64,000 nucleotides of DNA, from assembly GCF_000372725.1 (NCBI RefSeq), contig NW_005201984.1:124001-188000 (forward strand), read 5' to 3'. Below are positions 36,642-48,000 of this stretch, piece after piece. Origin of the DNA: Emiliania huxleyi CCMP1516 (lineage: Eukaryota). The translations under genes were made by a program, and so were the position numbers. The stretch's first letter is position 1. Every line of letters starts with the position of its first letter. Under the pieces are notes generated by a model. It ran no database searches and was not told the origin of the DNA. It saw only the letters and a program-made list of their open reading frames with translations.

Positions 36642-37202
36642 CGGCGCGCATACGCTAGCCCCCCCCCCCACCCGCCCACAAAGGTTCTCCACCCCTCCAC
36701 ACGTGACTTTCCTCACACGTTCGCCAGATGCCCCATTGAAACACTCTCTGTTGTGCAGTTAGAGAGCGGAAGCGGAACGGCTGACATGCCGAGTCCTGAG
36801 AGAATCTCTGGCGCGACACACGTGAGGTGACAGGTGTGTGTTTCTCACCAGAGACTCGGACGAGCCATCTCGTTCTTTCATCCTCGTGCTTTTGGCTTGT
36901 ACGCGGCTTTTTCGGCCCCCCCCCCCCCCGAAAAGCCCGATCCGGAGCGGCACATGTCGCGATGACACCTCGTCGCTCTTGACACGTATAAATAAGTACG
37001 TACCACGCCAGACGGCAGACCGCGAGTAGACCGCGGTCCGTCAGGGCGACAGCGCAGCGCTGGAGCGCACACAGGGGGAGGGGCAGACGAGAAACGCGGG
37101 CGAGGGGACACGCGGGGACCAGCACACGTCGTGCTCGCTTTTTCAAAGTGGAATAAAGCGAATAACTTCCAGAAAAAAGACACGAGCACGCCGACTCACA
37201 GA

Positions 37203-38564
37203 ATGGCCTCAAACGCCGCGGCGCTCCTGCCGGCGCGCGCGGCCGCAATCGAGTGTGGAGCCGTGAACGGCGTCTCTGGCGCCGCGCGCGGCTCTGGCGC
37301 CGCGCGCGGCTCTGGCGCCGCGCGCGGCTCTGGCGCCGCGCGCGGCTCTGGCGCCGCGGGCGGCGCGGCGGCCCCATCTCCGCCTCCCTCGCCGGGCGAA
37401 GAGGAGCTGCACGTCGGCACGCAGCTGGGCTGCGGTGGGGCGGCGAGCGACGAGGACGACGCCACGCAGCCCGCGCTTGATGCTGCTGCTTGGGAGGCAA
37501 CCCAGGGGGCAGAGGAGAGCCCGGCGGCTGCTCGATTCACCCTCGTCGGCGATGCTGCCGAGGCGCCGGCCTCGTTCACCCTGCTGTGCGAGCATGGCGC
37601 GAGGCTCGAGATTGGCCGGCTGCAACCCAGCGAGACGGCCGACCGCGTGCTCCTTTGCACCTCCAACACAAACGGCATCTCGCGCCAACACGGCGTGGTG
37701 CGCTACGACCGCCACCAGGGCGTGGTCTACCTGGGTTGCGCCCACTCCACGAGCGCGGTCACCTTCGTCAACTCGAGCCGGCTGCCGCCCGACGCTCAGC
37801 CTCGCGTCCTCGTCCAGGGAGACACGCTCGGCTTTGGCGGCAGCACCCTCTCGGCTCCCGGGATGGGGACTATCTCCTACTCGGTCGACCTCTCTTCGTT
37901 GCCGCCGCTCGTACCCGAGGTGCCCCTGTTCGCAGCTGCGCCCGCCGCCGCCGCGCCCGCCGCGGCAGGCGGCGAGCCCTCCTCGGCGGCGGCACAAGGG
38001 CCGGAGGTGGGAGAGAAGCGCGAGCGCGGAGAGAGAGGCGGGGGAGGCCGGCTGCTCAAGAAGGCGAAGGAGGGAGAGACGAGAGGCGCCGCGGCGGCGG
38101 CGGCGCCTGCACCTCTCAACGGCGCGCTGCAGGCTCAGAGGGCGCAGGCACACGATCACGCGCGCCAGCTGCAGGGGCTGGGCGGGCGCGATCGCGTTTG
38201 GGCTGGGCGGCTCCTCGAGTGCGCGGCGCAGAGCTACGGGCTCGTACAGGAGGCCGTGGCGAGCGGCGGCGGGGCGGACGCGCTCTTCCAGGCGGGAGAG
38301 CGCGTGCACTCGAAGATCGGCTCGCTCATGCGCGACTTCCGACACGAGAAGGGCGGAGACGAGCGCCGCGCCCATCAAGCCGCTCGCCAACACCAGCGGC
38401 GCGACGGGCGCCAGGGTCGCAACGGCGGCGCGGCCACCCACGCGCACGATCCTCGCAGCCGCGGCGGCGGCAAGGGGCGCGGCGGCGGCGGCAAGAAGGG
38501 GCGCGGCGGCGGCGGGCAGGGGCGCGGCGGCGGGCGCGGCAGGGGGCGCGGCGGCCGACAGTAA
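37203..38564 (+). CDS. Intronless FHA-domain protein with RGG-rich C-terminal tail
   Basis: LEIGR..GISRQHGVV..STSAVTFVNSSRL..LVQGDTLGFGG fits the FHA pattern. An 18-bp repeat encodes (GAARGS)4. The tail is GRGG-rich. TATAAATA lies near 36988. Confidence 0.75.
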   Translation: MASNAAALLPARAAAIECGAVNGVSGAARGSGAARGSGAARGSGAARGSGAAGGAAAPSPPPSPGEEELHVGTQLGCGGAASDEDDATQPALDAAAWEATQGAEESPAAARFTLVGDAAEAPASFTLLCEHGARLEIGRLQPSETADRVLLCTSNTNGISRQHGVVRYDRHQGVVYLGCAHSTSAVTFVNSSRLPPDAQPRVLVQGDTLGFGGSTLSAPGMGTISYSVDLSSLPPLVPEVPLFAAAPAAAAPAAAGGEPSSAAAQGPEVGEKRERGERGGGGRLLKKAKEGETRGAAAAAAPAPLNGALQAQRAQAHDHARQLQGLGGRDRVWAGRLLECAAQSYGLVQEAVASGGGADALFQAGERVHSKIGSLMRDFRHEKGGDERRAHQAARQHQRRDGRQGRNGGAATHAHDPRSRGGGKGRGGGGKKGRGGGGQGRGGGRGRGRGGRQ

Positions 38565-40139
38565 GGGCAGGTGCGCACCCCCGTCACATAAGCCCCCTAT
38601 CACAGTAGCCCTCTTTCCCAGGTGAGGGACCGCCCACGCCCCGGGGTCGGTGGAGTGGTCCACGCCCGAGGGTTGGTGGTAAGATAGTCGTGGGGGGCGC
38701 GCCCGTCGGTGGTCCACCGGTCCGGTCCATCGGCGGGGTCATAACCGCAGCCTCTAGGCCGGGTGGGAGCCGACGCGCTTGCGCGCGGCGTCCTCTAGAC
38801 AGGGGATTGGCGGGGGGAATGTCTGGCCGCAGTCCGACGCGCAGGGCGCGAGACGACACGCGCCGACATGTTCTCGGGACGCGCCACGCGCGAAGCGGAC
38901 CTCCTTCCCTTCCTTAGCGGCCCACCGTCAGAGCCGATCCCAGTAGATGCGAGGAAGCCCTGTGAGACATGCAGTACCGCCCTGTCCCCGAAAGGGCTTG
39001 GCAGCGGCACCGAGAGATTGAGCAACTCGGGTACGGTCAGAAGCCGCATGTTATAGGGGTGACACGCAGCCGAAGGTCCATCCTGCTCGCCGAGTCGACG
39101 CTGGGGCCTGACGCGCGTGCGCGAGATGGCGCGGCCGCGCGCTTGCGCGCGGCCGGTGAGTGTGCGCTTGCGCCGCAATCCTGGCTGAGCGGGGCGTACC
39201 TGCGGCGCTTATGGGGGTCGTCCCCCCCACGGCGTGCGAGCCGCCACGGTGTCGTGGCGCGCCGCGGGGTCAGGCTCTGGATCAAGGTTCAGAGCGCGAA
39301 CACTGGGGGGTCCCTCTCGCATGGGGGGCTGAAGATACGTGCCACTCCTTCCGGGAGACCGGCCCTTGGATCCTCCTCACCGTTACTAGTGCTGGCTGCC
39401 CATTTGTGCAGCTAGGTGTCCCACTAGCCACCGCGGATGTCTGCCGTGCAAAGCCAGGGGGCTGCGAGGCCTGTTCTCGCGGATTAGGTAAGTAGTTAGC
39501 GTCGGCTGATGGGTGCTTGTCGCGCGTGCGCGTATGTGCCTGGGTCGGGGGGGGGGCGCGGGTGGTGTGTCGCCCCCCTCCTCTTGCGTTAATGAAATTG
39601 GACAACAAGGGGAGGCTCCTGAGCTTGAGGGTTGAGCAGTGCAGCTGCGGGCGCTCGTGGGCGGCTGTGCAGTGGTGAGAGTGCCTGATTGGAGGCGAGC
39701 TGGTGCTGCGCCAGGGTGCGCAGGCAGCATGCGCTCTTGCTCTGTGCTGAGGCATGCTGGCTGGCGCCCAACACAATGCCCTGGATGCATTGCTCCACGC
39801 CGTGCTGGCTGGTGCAGTACTGCCAGTGCGCCGACTGGCGCGCAGGGTGCGCTTCGCCGCGCGTGGCACGGGTGGCTCGAGAGGCGCGGCTGTCGTTCAA
39901 CCCCGCGGCGCATGTGCGCCGCGGAAGCTGCTCGACAGGCTGCGGGCATCGCTGCGGCAGAAAGCGCCCGCCCTCTGCTTTGCTTTCGCCCGCGTTTTAC
40001 GACAACTTTCGGTTTATCATAGCCGCCGAACTTTACCTCGCTGTTTCTTTATAGTCGTCTCGCAGCTGCGTATTCTCGTATTATCTTCGAGTAGTTGCGT
40101 GGGGGCGGTATGTATTCTCGTATCAGTAGTTAGTGTCGT

Positions 40140-40631
40140 GTCCACTAGCTCCGAGTAGAGGGCAGCGTCCTGCAGTTAAGGGGAAACCTGGTACGCGGGG
40201 CTAACCCTCGGAGAGTATTCTTTAGCTCCGAGTAGAGGGGGCGTTCCGCAGCTAGGGGGACCCACAGCGCGAGGGAAAAATTCCGCCGCTGGGGGAAACC
40301 CGGAGCGCAGAACTAACCCTCGGAGACGTGTTATGGCCCTGCGACCGCGCACCCCCCCCTAGCTAGGGGTCAGGGCTCTCTAGCCCGTAGCCCGATGCCG
40401 ATCATCCGGCCCGCTGGATGCGCTTCTCAGCTCACCGGCCCTGGATGTGAGGTTGCCGACTGCACTCCAAGTGCTCCAAGTACCGTGTTTACAATTCCGT
40501 GCACCCCCCCTAGCTAGGGGTCAGGGCTCTCTAGCCCGTAGCCCGATCCCGATCATCCGGCCCGCTGGGTGCGCTTCTCAGCTCCCCGGCCCTGGATGTG
40601 AGGTTACTGACTGCACTCCAAGTGCTCCAAG
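40140..40631 (+). repeat. Dispersed repeat family C with a tandemly duplicated 3' module ending GCACTCCAAGTGCTCCAAG
   Basis: The module occurs twice (40372-40481, 40523-40631). Other copies lie at 56050-56185, 27051-27118, 11251-11276 (rc), 33598-33675 (rc) and 21530-21765 (rc, upstream part). Confidence 0.85.
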
Positions 40632-40650
40632 TACTTCCACTCTGGCATCG

Positions 40651-40745
40651 ACCACACTCCTCTCCTTAAAATCCCTGTGTGGTGTGGCGGCGTGCCGTTC
40701 TCCCATCCCTCCCTTGGGTTGTGTGTTTTCTTTCTTTCTTTCTTT
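40651..40745 (+). mobile_element. Short retroposon family A, longest form
   Basis: Same 5' end and (TTTC)n tail as 11277-11369. Further copies at about 528-575, 20144-20214 and 34155-34223. Confidence 0.8.
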
Positions 40746-40979
40746 TGCTCGTCAGGCTCTCAAGGTTCACACTTTTTGTTTCTCGCTGGTTTCTCGAGGC
40801 CTGTATCAGCATTCAGCAATCACAGGCCTGTGCGCCCCCTTGCCCCAGACTGCAGGGAGTGCAGACCAGTCGCCCCCGCTTTGTGGGGGCTCCCCGCCCC
40901 CCCCCCCCCCCTCCGCTCTCCCCAGCGCAACCTCGCGATCTCGCCGCGACCCCACCCCGCCCCTCCCAAGTGTGGCGCT

Positions 40980-43900
40980 TCAGGGCAGCAGCACGTTGTC
41001 GATGAGGCGCGTCTCGCCCAGCTGGACGGCGATGGACGCCATGACCGCGCCGGCGCCGCCGAGCTTCTCGAGCTCGCGCCCGTCGTCGGCCGCGGCCAGA
41101 GAGACGTACTCGAGCGCCATGCGCGGCTCCGACGCGATCACGGCGGCGGCGCACGCGCGGAGCGCCGCCGGGGAGCGCTCGCCCGCCTTGTGCGCCTCGG
41201 TCAGCTTGAGGAGGGCGGTGTAGACGAGCGGCGCCGCCTCGCGCTCCTGCGGCGGGGAGGGGGAGGAGTGAGGAGCGGGAGGAGCGGACGGGGGAGTGAG
41301 GCGCCACCCAGCCCGCCCGTGCGTGCGTCACCCACCCCCCCACCCCCCCACCCACGCCCGCGGGCGGCGCGCGCCTCTTGGCTCAGGTGGACGTTGCGGC
41401 TCGACATTGCCAGCCCGTCGGGCTCGCGCACCTACTCCGGGGCGGAGAGTGTGGAGAGAGGCTGCTCGCACCTCGCTGGCCAGCCTCCCCCCCTGCCCTC
41501 GCGCGCCGTGTCGCCGACCACGACCTCGGTGTCGAAGTTGAGGCCGGCGACGAGGCGGCGCGCGAGGACGCACCTGCGGGGGGCGCGGGGCCGGGGCCGT
41601 GTCGCCAGAGTGGCGCGCGGGCGCGTCCTGCCGGTCGCGCGGCGCGGCGAGGGGAGGCGCACTGGAGGCCGTCCTTTTGCCCAAAGTAGACGGTGCTCGG
41701 CTGGAGAATGTTGAGGAGCTTGGTGACGACGGTGGCGACGCCGCGAAAGTGGCCCGGCCGGTGGCGCGCCTCGGGGAGGAGGTCGAAGCCGCTCACGTCG
41801 ACGAAGGGCTGCGGCGACCCCTCCTCCTCGGGGTACATCTCCCCGGCGCTCGGCGCGAAGAGCAGGTCGACGCCCGCGGCGGCGAGCTTGGCGGCGTCCT
41901 CCTCGAGCGTGCGCGGGTAGCGCGCCAGGTCGTCCGCCTGTCGGGACACGCGGCACGTGTCAGCGCCGAGGACGTGTCGTGCCGCGGCGCCGGCAGGCCG
42001 TGCCGCCTTGTTGAACTGCTTCGGGTTGACAAAGACGGACGCGACGACCACGTCGCTCGCCTCGCGCGCCATCTCGACGAGGCGGAGGTGGCCGGCGTGC
42101 AGCGCGCCCATCGTCGGCACGAGCCCAACCCGCGCCGCGGCCAGCTCACCGCTCCGCTGCAGCTGCCGCCACTCGTCGATCGAGCGCACGAGCCGCAGCC
42201 CGCCGCGCTGCGGCTCGTGCGGCCGCGCGAGGGGCGCCGGCGAGGCGTGGCCGTTTGGGGCGCGGGCCCGCGAGGCGCGCGCGGGCGGGGCCGGCGGCGG
42301 GGGCGGCGGCCCAAACTCGGCCTCGAGGAGGCGCGTCTCGGCGTCCGACATGCCGAACGAGTGGCGGCGTGCGGGGAAGGAGCGGCGCTTGACGGCGGCG
42401 CAGTAGCGTCCGAGAGCGGCGCGCATCGGCCCCTCGAGCCGCGCGAACTGGTGCGAGAAGCGCGGGCTCAGCTTGTCGTAGAGGCCGAGCACGTCATGGA
42501 AGACCTGCACCTGGCCTGAGGTGCCGCCGCCGGCGCCGATGCCGATGGTCGGCACGCGCAGCTTCGAGGTGATGAGGGCGGCGACCGGGGCGGGGACCAT
42601 CTCGAGGACGACCGCGAAGCAGCCCGCCTCCTGCAGCGCCTCGGCGTCCTCGAGGAGGGAGCGAGCCTCGGCGGCGGAGCGGCCCTGCACGCGGTACCCG
42701 CCCAGCTGCGCGACGGACTGCGGCGTGAAGCCGACGTGCCCCATCACCGCCAGGCCGGCGTCCACCATGGCGCGCACCTGCGCACCACCACGCGCGAGGC
42801 TGAGGCCACGCGCAGGCTGACGCCGCGCGCAGGGCGAGGCGAGGCGCGCCCACAAGGGACGGGCGGGCGGGGCGCCGCTGCGGCACACCGCTGCGCCAGG
42901 CGGGGAGGGCGGGAGGCGGGGAGGGGCGGCAGGCGGGGAGGGGCGGGAGGTGGCGCGCGTGCCCGTCCACTACTCCCGGGCGAGAGGGGGGGGGGGGGGG
43001 GGGGGCTCGGCCACCTTGCCGATCGCCATGCCCCCCGCGAGGCCCATGATGACCCACGCAAAAATGTTGGTGCCGAGGCCCCAAATCTGGACCACCCAAA
43101 CCTAGGCCCCGGCGGTGAAAAGGGCGGCGGCAAGGTACATGCCCTTCTCGAGGGCCCACATGAGGGTGCCTAAAGGAGCAGCCGTCGCGGGCGCGTCACG
43201 GGGGTGCCACGGCCGGCTCCCCCCCTCTGGTGGAAAGGGCGGCAGGGGTGCGGCTGCCCAGGTGGACCTCCCACCCCTTGCCCTGCGCGCTGGTGTTGAC
43301 TGCCAAAAAACCGATGGTGGAGGCGACCATTCCCACGGCGGGCAGGAGGAAGGCGAGCGCGATGGCCTGGGTGCTCTTGCCCTGCAGNNNNNNNNNNNNN
43401 NNNNNNNNNNNNNNNNNNNNNNNNNNNNNNNNNNNNNNNNNNNNNNNNNNNNNNNNNNNNNNNNNNNNNNNNNNNNNNNNNNNNNNNCCGGGGGAGTCCC
43501 CAAACCCCCCCTAGAGCGCGCTCCCTACCCCCCGCGTTGAGATGGGGGAGGAGGCGCCTGCTCGGCGGCGCGCACCCCTCCCTCGAGCTTGACGGCGTCG
43601 GCGCGCCCCTCCTTGACGAGCCGCACCTGCGGAGGACGCGTCGCGGGGCGTTGCGGCGCGGGTCGGCGAGAGCGCTGTGCTCCTAGGCTCTGCCCGGGAG
43701 CCGCACACACCCCGTTCGAAGCGGCGGCCTGAGGCGTGAGGTACGCCCCAAACGGCAAGTCCGCCACGAGGAGGGCGCGCCGCGTGCCGCGTGCGGCCGC
43801 CTGGGAAATATAGCCGAGGTATAGCCGAGGCATCGCCGAGGTAGAGCCGAGGCATCGCCGAGATCTCGCCGAGATATGCCGGCAGCGCGCCTGGCAGTGA

Positions 43901-44529
43901 TGGACCATCTGCGAGACGGTCACTTCGGTGGTGTCGTCCTGGCCGAGGACGACCATGCCGAGCGAGTCGCCCACCAGCAGCACGTCCGCGCCCGCGCCGT
44001 CCGCCAGCCGCGCGCTCGGGTAGTCGTACGCCGTGAGCACCGAGAGCGGCTCGCCCGACTCGTACATCCGCCGCAGCGCATGCAGCCCGACCTTCTTGGC
44101 TGGCGGCGGCGCCGCCGGTGCGACGTGCGGCGCGGCACCGCCGCCGTACAGCGGCACTTCCTCCTCCTCCACCGCCGTCGTCGCCGCAGCTGCTTTGCCC
44201 TCCTCCTCTGACTGCTGCTGCGCTTGCAAGTCGAGCTGCACTTGCAACTCTGCGGCACTCAGGTCACGTGCGGCGGCGCGCTCGGCCCACGCGTCGACCG
44301 CCGGAGCCGCGCCGGCGGCCGCCGCGGGCAGCGCCGACAGCCGCCGCCGCTGCACGAGCGACGACGACCCAAAGCAGATGAACTGCGTCAGGTGCGGCGG
44401 AAACGGCTTGAGGTAGGTCGAGACGCACTTGAGGTGCGCGTCCCGCATGAAGAGGTCCGCCGACGTGCGCCGCGGCACCTTGAGGCCGCAGCCGCCTGCA
44501 GTGCGGCGCAGGACGGCGACGAAAACCAT
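40980..44529 (-). CDS. panB-panC: Fused ketopantoate hydroxymethyltransferase (PanB) and pantothenate synthetase (PanC) with N-terminal transit-like peptide; interrupted by an assembly gap
   Basis: PanB motifs: [66 protein letters not shown]. PanC motifs: [55 protein letters not shown]. Confidence 0.92.
42985..43487. other. Probable misassembly: low-quality copy of 46687-47083 joined at a poly-G run, followed by a 100-N gap (43388-43487)
   Basis: About 400 bp nearly identical to PPase exon and intron sequence, with scattered substitutions. It sits at a contig end inside a panB intron. Confidence 0.8.
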
Positions 44530-45055
44530 GTAGGCGGCCGAGACCTGGACCACCCTTGGCCGCGAAGCCCTCCGACGCAAGGCGCATTTCTTTTTTTCAC
44601 AAATGGACCGGATCTGTGATCTGTAAGGGTCCGCCCGCAGGCGCATTTTGTATACCGAGGCGGTGCCCGGTGCCGAGCCTGTCGGACCTTAAGACAGCAT
44701 TGTAGATCCCTGGGCGAGGGTGGTGGCGTCCCCGTGTCGGGTCAGGGCTGAAGGCGCTAGGCGGGGGAGACCAACCCGATCTCTCCGGCGTCCCGGGAGC
44801 GTGATTGACACCTCCCCCTGCGCCAACCTTACTCCAATAGCCTCCCCACCCCACGTAGGTAATAGATGAGCACAAAGCCAGATGAGCTCATGTCACACTA
44901 GCTCATGTCGGTCGGGGCGCGCGCATCCGCACCATGCGCACGCACCTCACGGCGTGACTGCCGCGTAGCTCATGGAAAACAGCAGACCCGTCCCCCCCTC
45001 CCGTCGAGCCTGCCCCGCCCTGCGGGCAAGCTCGCCCCATGCGGCCGGCCACCTC

Positions 45056-48000
45056 TCAGGGCGTGACGAGGTTCTGGTGGACGCCGCCGCCGCCGCCGAG
45101 CAGCCGGCCGATGACCTTGCAGACCGTGTTCCGGCGGTTGCCTATTTTGGACACTCGCGACGCGTGAGGGGGGGCGGCGCGGCTCGCGCGCCTCCGGCGC
45201 CGCCTCCGAGGCGGCACCGGTGGTGGGGAGGCCGAGCGGCTCGTAGCTGCGCGAGGAGGAGCCCTTGCCCATGTCCTCGGGCGCGTCGCCCGACACCATG
45301 TTTGCGAGCGGGTCGTCCCACGTGAGGATGTTCATCATCGGGCCCAGGATGAGGGTGAGGACGACGAAGATGGCCGTCGGGATGAGGCCGTACTCCCAGT
45401 GGTCGTAGTCTTTGTGGTCCTTGAGCAGCGGCGCCACCGTGAGCGAGACCATCGACATGAGCTTGATCAGGATGTTGAGGGCGGGGCCCGAGGTGTCCTT
45501 GAACGGGTCGCCGACGGTGTCGCCGACGACGCACGCCTTCTGCTGCTCCTTCTTGGCCGGGTCCTTGCTCTTCTTGAGGCCGAGCTTCTCGCACAGCTTC
45601 TTCGAGTTGTCCCACGCGCCGCCCGCGTTGGCCATCATGATGGCGAGCATGCAGCCCGAGGTGATGGCGCCCGCGAGCAGGCCCATCAGGAAGCGAGGCC
45701 CCACCAGGAAGCCGCCCATCAGCGGCGCGAGGACGGCGTACGCCCCCGGCGCGATCATCTCGCGGACCGACGAGCGCGTCGAGATGGCGACGCACCTGCG
45801 CCGGAAGGAAGTGCCGGCCCGCTCCTCCATGGAACGGCGGGGCGAGGGGCGGCGGGGCGGCGGAGCGGCGGAGCGGCGGGGCGGCGGGGCGGCGGGGCGG
45901 CGGGGCGGCGGGGGGGGCGCACTTGTCGCTGTCGGGCTCGACCTCGTCCTCGGGCGCGGCGCGGTAGACGCCCTCGCCAAACTCCTCCGCCTTTTCGGTG
46001 TAGACGCGGATGCACTCTCCGAGCGAGATGCCCTTGGCGTTGCGGATGTGCTTGAACTGCCAGCGGACCTCGGAGATGATCTCGGCCGCCGCCTTGCCCA
46101 CGCTGATCATCGTCAGCGCCGCGAACAGGTACGGCAGCATCGCGCCCGTGAGGACGCCAGAGAGGACGACAGGGTCGCCGACGTCGTAGCCCGTCGGGTC
46201 GTTGATCTTGTTCTTGAAGGCGGAGAGGAGGGAGAGCGCCGTCAGGACGGCGGAGCCGATGGCGAAGCCCTTGCCCGTGGCGGCGGTCGTGTTGCCCAGC
46301 GCGTCGAGCGAGTCGGTGATGTCGCGCACCTCCTTGCCCAAGTGGGACAGCTCGGCGAGGCCACCCGCGTTGTCGGCGACGGGGCCGTACGCGTCGGTGG
46401 CGAGGGTGATGCCGAGGGTGGAGAGCATGCCCACCGCCGAGATGGCAACGCCGTACGCGCCGCCGAGCGCCGAGGTCGAGACGATCGCCACCGAGAGCAC
46501 CAGCGTCGGCGGCACGCACGAGATCATGCCGACGCCGAGGCCCTGGATGACGACGGTCGCGGGGCCCGTCATGCCGCGATCCTTGATCGACATGACTGGG
46601 CCGAAGTCGAAGGAGGTGAAGTACTCGGTCACCTGCTCACACGCGGTGAGGTGTGAACGGCGTCCCTCCACGCCGGCCGAGAGCCCGGGGGGGGGGGGGG
46701 GCTCGGCCACCTTGCCGATCGCCATGCCCGCCGCGAGGCCGATGATGACGCACGCAAAAATGTTGGTGCCGAGGCCGCAGATCTGGACGACGCAGACGTA
46801 GGCGCCGGCGGTGAAGAGGGCGGCGGCGAGGTACATGCCCTTCTCGAGGGCCCACATGAGGGTGCCTAGAGGAGCAGCCGTCGCGGGCGCGTCACGGGCG
46901 TGCCACGGCCGGCTCCGCCCCTCTGGTGGAGAGGGCGGCAGGGGTGCGGCTGCCGAGGTGGACGTCCCACCCCTTGCCCTGCGCGCTGGTGTTGACTGCG
47001 AAGAAGCCGATGGTGGAGGCGACGATGCCGACGGCGGGCAGGAGGAAGGCGAGCGCGATGGCCTGGGTGCTCTTGCCCTGCAGCGTGTCGCCCTCCTTTT
47101 GCGCCTGGGTGACGGCGAGCGACGCAGCGGCGATGATCGAGCCGACGTACGACTCAAACAGGTCCGCGCCCATGCCCGCCACGTCGCCGACGTTGTCGCC
47201 GACGTTGTCCGCGATGACGGCCGGGTTGTGCGGGTCGTCCTCGTCGATCCCCGCCTCGACCTTGCCGACCAGGTCCGCGCCGACGTCCGCCGCCTTGGTG
47301 TAGATCCCTCCCGCCACGCGCGCAAAGAGCGCAATCGACGAAGCGCCGAAGCCAAAGCCGGCGAGGCACTGCATCACCAGCGCCTGCGGTCGGGGGCGTG
47401 GGGCGTGGGCGGCGGAGCCTCGGCGAGCCTCGGCCGGCGCCTTCCCCCCTCTGCTGCGGGCTCGCCCCTTCTCCGCGCGGACAGTAGCAGGGGCACGCTG
47501 AGCGTCTCTCGGGGCTACCGGGCGGCGCCTGGTCGTCGTCGCCGTAAATGGAGCAGAGGACGACGTAGGCGGTCGAGACGCCCGCGAGGCCGAGGCCTAG
47601 AGACCACACCCTCTCACCCTCAGAGGGGCGCGACGTCGCCTCCGGGAGGAGGATGGCGCGCGCGCGCCGACGACGGCGAAGCCCATCACGGCGCCCGTCG
47701 AGAAGGCGACGTTGAGGCCGGCGTTGAGAGAGCCGGGCACGCCGTTGGCGCGGTCGCCGGCGCACGCGGCGGTGGTCTTTGCGTTGCCGTCGGTCGCGAC
47801 CATCATGCCCCACCAGCCGGCGGAGGCGGAGAGGGTCGCGCCCGTGACGAACGAGAGGGAGACGGAGAGGGCGATCGTGTAGGCGTTTTCGTCTTCCGTC
47901 AGGTAAAAGAGGAAGAAGAGGGTGAGCTGGGAAAAGGGGAGCGGGAGGGAGTCGGGTCGGGTGTGCGTCGGGCGGTCGCGACGAGGCGGGGGGCGCGCAC

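Noticed and set aside
40340..40371. Helitron 3' terminus (hairpin + CTAG)
   Set aside because: The hairpin is only 4-5 bp, CTAG is not followed by T, and the repeat continues past it in several copies.
42985..43387. Real PPase exon duplication nested in a panB intron
   Set aside because: It begins at a poly-G run, ends at an N gap, and differs by scattered substitutions typical of a poor read end. Most likely an assembly artefact, which long reads would settle.
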